NCBI GenBank assembly: GCA_030674455.1
Contig: JAUSGQ010000015.1
Location: forward strand, 5,574-69,573
DNA: 64,000 nt
From: a bacterium
GTDB lineage: Bacteria; Patescibacteriota; Minisyncoccia; Phycocordibacterales; UBA2100
Direction: 5' to 3'
Every line of letters starts with the position of its first letter. The stretch's first letter is position 1. Position numbers and translations under genes: made by a program. Under the pieces are notes generated by a model that did not search any database, was not told where the DNA came from, and saw only the letters and a list, made by a program, of their open reading frames with translations. Positions 60,312 through 64,000 of this stretch are shown here, one piece after another.

Positions 60312-60911
60312 TCATTGTTTTAGCCCAAGGGCAACGAGAATAGACTTGTGTATAACGGCCACCTCCGGCTCTCCGTTAATTTCATGGATAACGCGGCCGC
60401 GGCTTTTAAGAAGATCGAGCTGCGGCAGCACATCTGTCTTCGTCCATGCGAGTCGCCTGCGAATTCCCTCCTCGGTGTCGTCATTGCGCCCGCGGCTTAT
60501 TAATCGCTTCACCGCAGTGTCGTCGGAAATGACGAGATTGACAACCTGCAGATTATCGCGCTTGAAAAATTTCATCATGTCGTCGAACGCGCGCGTCTGG
60601 TCGTCACCGCGTGCAAGCCCATCAGCAATAATGTGTTCCTCGCCTGTAAAACTATCTATGAGCAATTTGGTTTGAAGATAAATGGCCATGAAATCATAGA
60701 TGCGGATTCCGTTGTCTATTATCTCGCCCGTTAATTTGCCCGCGTACGTTCCCGTATCGCGCAACTTGCGAAGTTCGTGGCCCATGTCAATACGAATAAC
60801 TTTTCGGTCAGATTTGGTCTTCAAGTAATCCGCAAGCAGCTGCACCTGGGTGCCTTTGCCGGCGCCTTGTGAGCCAAAGAAAAGCAGCGTGACAGGCTTG
60901 GATAGAGTCAT
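60312..60911 (-). CDS. adk: Adenylate kinase
   Basis: P-loop FFGSQGAGKGTQ, AMP-binding and LID segments. Confidence 0.85.
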   Translation of the reverse strand: MTLSKPVTLLFFGSQGAGKGTQVQLLADYLKTKSDRKVIRIDMGHELRKLRDTGTYAGKLTGEIIDNGIRIYDFMAIYLQTKLLIDSFTGEEHIIADGLARGDDQTRAFDDMMKFFKRDNLQVVNLVISDDTAVKRLISRGRNDDTEEGIRRRLAWTKTDVLPQLDLLKSRGRVIHEINGEPEVAVIHKSILVALGLKQ

Positions 60912-60975
60912 ATTTTAAGAGTATACCTTTTACTATACGTTGATGAAAGTGTTTTCTTTATTTATTTTCTGTTAT

Positions 60976-61560
60976 TTATTTGAGATCGTATCCTTCTTTT
61001 CTAAGAATCGCCACTACCTGCTCAACCGCTTCGTTTAATTTTCCGTCTGCATTCACTACGGTGTAATCGTAAAAAGACTTTTCATCTTTCATTTCCGCTT
61101 CCGCATTCTCTCGACGCTTCGCAATGTCTGCGTCTGCAAGTTCAGGATTCCTCTGTCTAAGACGGCGCTCTATGGTCTCAATATTCTCCGGCACGATAAA
61201 AATAGTTGCCGCGCTAAAATTAGCCTTGTAGTATTTTGCACCGACAATGTCGGGATTTACTATTACTATCTTTTGAGAATCGATTTTTTCTTTCAGATCA
61301 GATGCATAAGTGCCGTAATATGTATTCCTGTTCGGAATGTACGTTGACTCCAAAATGGCGCCATTTTGCTTATACCGTAAAAATTCGTCCTGCGTAATAA
61401 AATAGTAATCTTTACCATTCCTTTCATCCGCTCTTGGTTTGCGAGTTGTCGCTGTTACGAGCCGGCTCGCCGTACCGGGGAAACGCTTAACGATTTCGTT
61501 CGTGATTGTTGTTTCCCCGCTCCCGGTTGGACCGGCAATAACCACTACTTGTTTAGGCAT
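60976..61560 (-). CDS. gmk: Guanylate kinase
   Basis: AGPTGSGETT P-loop and ATTRKPRADERNGKDYYFITQDEF (GMP-binding TTRxPRxGE..G.dY.F). Start taken at MPKQVVV. Confidence 0.75.
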   Translation of the reverse strand: MPKQVVVIAGPTGSGETTITNEIVKRFPGTASRLVTATTRKPRADERNGKDYYFITQDEFLRYKQNGAILESTYIPNRNTYYGTYASDLKEKIDSQKIVIVNPDIVGAKYYKANFSAATIFIVPENIETIERRLRQRNPELADADIAKRRENAEAEMKDEKSFYDYTVVNADGKLNEAVEQVVAILRKEGYDLK

Positions 61561-61704
61561 AGCACAGTATACGATGCGATAAACAATTTTCAATTTGCAA
61601 TTTTCAATCAATTTTCAAATTTTAATGACCAAAAGCGTCCGCCTGAAAATTGGGTCTTGAAAATTCAATGCAAATTGAGAATTAAAAATTAAAAATTCCG
61701 CGAG

Positions 61705-62985
61705 TTAGTACTCGCGGATAGAAGTTTGCGCATCAACTTTCTTAACGACATCCAAAACTACGGACACAACGATCAAAAGCGCCGTGCCGCCGATAGTAAC
61801 CGCTGTAATTCCTGTAACTCCCTGCAAAATAATAGGCAAAATAGCCAGGAATCCGAGGAAGAGCGCACCCACGAGCGTGATGCGCGTAATGATATTGCCG
61901 AGATATTCCGAGGTCATCACTCCCGGACGTACTCCGGGAATAAATGCTCCGTTCTTTTGCAGATTTTTAGCGATTTGTGTTGGCTCGAACGTGATAGCCG
62001 TATAGAAGTATGTGAACAAAAACACCATTACGAAATACAACGCTCCATATATCCACTGGTTCGCCAAAACCGCGACTATCCACGATGCAACGGCGGCAAC
62101 AATTGCTATTGAGCTTTGTGCGAGGAACGACGCGATCATTTGCGGGAAAAGCAGGATTGAGAGCGCGAAAATTATCGGCATGACTCCCGCTTGATTGACG
62201 CGGATAGGCAAATATGTGGAGACGCCTCCCATGACCTTCATACCGCGTATGCGCTTCGCGTAGGTAACGGGGATAGGCCTTTCCGCTTCCGTCACGTAGA
62301 CGACTCCTGCCACAATGACGAGAGCAACGGCCGCAAATCCCAAATATGCGGGCAATTGGGAAATATCAAAGGTGAAAATAAATTGCGATATGGCGTTGGG
62401 AATTCCCGCTACTATTCCCGCAAATATCAGTAGCGAGATTCCGTTACCGACGCCGAATTCAGTAATCAGTTCCCCTATCCACATGAGCAGGATCGCTCCT
62501 GCGGCAATCACGACCACGTTAGTGAGGGTGTGAATAAAATCCATCTGCGGAACAATGCCATTCTGGCGTAAAAGAACAAGAAAACCGAATGCCTGTATAA
62601 AGGCGAGCGGTACGGTAAGATATCGCGAATACTGCGTGAAGCGCATTCTTCCGGAGTCTCCTTCTTCCTGATACATGGCTTTGAGCGAGGGAGAAAGAAC
62701 CGACATCAGCTGCATAACAATTGACGCAGTAATGAATGGAGAAACTCCAATCATCATTATGGAAAGGTTTGAGAATCCGCCGCCGGAAAATACGTTCAGC
62801 AATCCTAAGAATTGTCCGGCACTTCCGGAAAAGAATCTCTCCAATGCCCCTGCATCAACGCCCGGAATAGGAATCGCCGCAAGCAAGCGGAACACGACAA
62901 GAGCGCCCAACACGAACAAAATTCGATTGCGAAGTGTCTCGTCGGTGACGATGAGTTTGAGCTTGCGAATGAAGGTATCGAACAT
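61705..62985 (-). CDS. secY: Preprotein translocase subunit SecY
   Basis: 10 TM, ...LAAIPIPGV..., a plug and lateral gate regions typical of SecY. Confidence 0.9.
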   Translation of the reverse strand: MFDTFIRKLKLIVTDETLRNRILFVLGALVVFRLLAAIPIPGVDAGALERFFSGSAGQFLGLLNVFSGGGFSNLSIMMIGVSPFITASIVMQLMSVLSPSLKAMYQEEGDSGRMRFTQYSRYLTVPLAFIQAFGFLVLLRQNGIVPQMDFIHTLTNVVVIAAGAILLMWIGELITEFGVGNGISLLIFAGIVAGIPNAISQFIFTFDISQLPAYLGFAAVALVIVAGVVYVTEAERPIPVTYAKRIRGMKVMGGVSTYLPIRVNQAGVMPIIFALSILLFPQMIASFLAQSSIAIVAAVASWIVAVLANQWIYGALYFVMVFLFTYFYTAITFEPTQIAKNLQKNGAFIPGVRPGVMTSEYLGNIITRITLVGALFLGFLAILPIILQGVTGITAVTIGGTALLIVVSVVLDVVKKVDAQTSIREY

Positions 62986-63093
62986 AAGATATGTACCAAT
63001 CTACGAATTTATTCCAATCTACGAATGACTACGAATAAGAAACACGAGTATTTGTAGCCATTTGTAATATTCTTATCATTTGTAGATTGGGAC
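62986..63093. repeat. MITE-like intercistronic element R9, filling the rplO stop to secY start gap exactly
   Basis: AAGATATGTACCAATCTACGAAT...ATCATTTGTAGATTGGGAC. Confidence 0.8.
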
Positions 63094-63094
63094 T

Positions 63095-63544
63095 TCATAT
63101 GGTTATTGTTCCACCAGCTTTTTCAATTGCTGCGCGTGCTGTAGCGGAAACCGCGCATCCTTTGAAATTCAATTTCTTGCTTATCGAGCCGCCCATTATT
63201 TTGACCGGCGGAAAGAGCGGGCCGCGCGCGCGAATAATCCTCTTTTCATTCAAACCCTTCGGTGTAACTTCCGCTCCGTCTTCAAAATGCGACTGGAGAA
63301 CCGCGAGTGAAACCGGGATGGCGTCTTTGCGTGAGGGATTGACTGTGCGTCCGCGATTCTTGCCGTACCCGCGGCGTTTCGGAAGCTTTTTGATGATGTC
63401 GCGCATCTCGGGGCGCTTCTTTCGGCCCGCGCGCGCGTTCTGACCCTTTGTGCCGCGTCCGGCAGTTTTTCCGCGCTTTCCGCCGCGACCAACTCGCTTG
63501 CGCGAACGCGCCGCAATTCTTTTGAGCATGTGTAATCCGGACAT
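63095..63544 (-). CDS. rplO: 50S ribosomal protein L15
   Basis: MLKRIAARSRKRVGRGGKRGKTAGRGTKGQNARAG... Start taken at MSGLHML. Confidence 0.85.
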   Translation of the reverse strand: MSGLHMLKRIAARSRKRVGRGGKRGKTAGRGTKGQNARAGRKKRPEMRDIIKKLPKRRGYGKNRGRTVNPSRKDAIPVSLAVLQSHFEDGAEVTPKGLNEKRIIRARGPLFPPVKIMGGSISKKLNFKGCAVSATARAAIEKAGGTITI

Positions 63545-63599
63545 AAAGTAGGTTATAGGTGTTAGGTTATAGGTTACAGTAAAAAATACAGATAAAAAA

Positions 63600-64000
63600 T
63601 CATTTCTTAGATACTGCTTTAAGCGCCTCCATCGCTGCGCGCGCATTGTTAAGCGGATTCTTGCTTCGCGAAAGAAGTTTCGCCGTAACGTCGGAAATTC
63701 CCGCCAACTCCAACACCGCACGCACCGATGAACCGGCGACAAGACCGCGGCCCGGGCTCGGCCTGATTTCAACGACTGAAGCGCAGTATTTTGCTTCAAT
63801 GTTGCGCGGAATGCTTCTCGTTTTTGTCAGATTTACCGTTAACATACCGCGTTTCGCCGCGCGCGTGGCCTTCTCGATGGCAAGCGCAGTGTCGGCGGCT
63901 TTACCCAAACCAACGCCGACTCGTCCCTTTTTGTCGCCCAACACGAGCGCCGCGCTGAAGTTAAATCGGCGTCCGCCTGCCATGACACGCGCAACGCGGC
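63600..64000 (-). CDS. rpsE: 30S ribosomal protein S5 (N-terminus beyond the window end)
   Basis: ...GRRFNFSAALVLGDKKGRVGVGLGKAADTALAIEKA... is S5. No L30 gene lies between rpsE and rplO. Confidence 0.8.
   Translation of the reverse strand, partial: RVARVMAGGRRFNFSAALVLGDKKGRVGVGLGKAADTALAIEKATRAAKRGMLTVNLTKTRSIPRNIEAKYCASVVEIRPSPGRGLVAGSSVRAVLELAGISDVTAKLLSRSKNPLNNARAAMEALKAVSKK

Noticed and set aside
1-64000. CRISPR array, prophage or integrase, IS transposase
   Set aside because: There are no regularly spaced direct repeats with unique spacers, no integrase, recombinase or transposase ORFs, and no phage structural genes. The repeats present are palindromic and MITE-like without coding capacity.

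Overview
This 64 kb window reads as a gene-dense stretch of an uncultivated, small-genome bacterium, and its most unusual content is several families of short palindromic repeats, some inserted in-frame in housekeeping genes. The lineage call is inference; I could not run any homology searches. Signals that point to a Candidate Phyla Radiation (CPR)-like lineage are a lamin-tail-domain surface protein, no L30 gene between rpsE and rplO, and very many intergenic palindromic repeats. The window is nevertheless unusually rich in amino-acid biosynthesis genes.

Gene content, in order:
- GT2 glycosyltransferase, partial at the 5' end (1-1059, +).
- A minus-strand heavy-metal homeostasis cluster (1919-11862): a membrane protein with a heavy-metal-associated (HMA) domain, a MerT-like protein with a CC motif, a CcdA/DsbD-like protein, a DUF1573 protein, novel His/Cys-rich membrane proteins, the CopA P-type ATPase, the CsoR repressor, a SHOCT protein, and a CsoR-type GC palindrome upstream.
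- An 825 aa secreted lipase / Ig / lamin-tail-domain protein.
- Two PaaX-like winged-HTH regulators (15210-15791 and 58173-58748), each bracketed by its own long palindromes.
- DUF167 protein, tRNA-Thr(UGU), tsf and rpsB.
- Two type II toxin-antitoxin pairs (Phd/YefM-MazF and RelB-RelE), then ndk.
- leuC-leuD, leuA-leuB-ilvE, two ArsR-family paralogs with cognate palindromes, TspO, a bactofilin-like protein, Nfu, an AstE/AspA-family protein and a peptidoglycan-binding protein.
- The sufC-B-D-S-U operon.
- ilvA, ridA, trpF, trpC-B-A, aroC, an aroA-aroK fusion, and trpD-trpG-trpE.
- A SAM-dependent methyltransferase next to a 939 aa VirD4/TraG-like ATPase, then purD, a LOG-family protein, map, adk, gmk, secY, rplO and partial rpsE.

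Most notable non-genic structure:
1. 100-170 bp MITE-like elements with ends GTCCCAATCTACAAAT...ATTTGTAGATTGGGAC fill intercistronic gaps exactly from stop codon to start codon (leuC-leuD, leuB-ilvE, every suf junction, rplO-secY, tsf-rpsB).
2. A roughly 34 bp palindromic element, GTCTACAG(G/A)TGCCGA..., is inserted in-frame in leuC, sufS, ilvE, the HMA protein, ridA and purD, analogous to Rickettsia palindromic elements.
3. A GGATCC-centred palindrome encoding a Gly/Ser linker is inserted in ilvA, trpA and aroC, sharing an identical 18 nt half.
4. Three long ATGCGGCCGCAT-core palindromes lie in promoter regions.
5. A conserved hairpin plus leader sits upstream of aroC, trpE and ORF 1199.
6. 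A roughly 250 nt region bounded by a promoter and a terminator is a candidate ncRNA (52.7-53.0 kb, minus strand).
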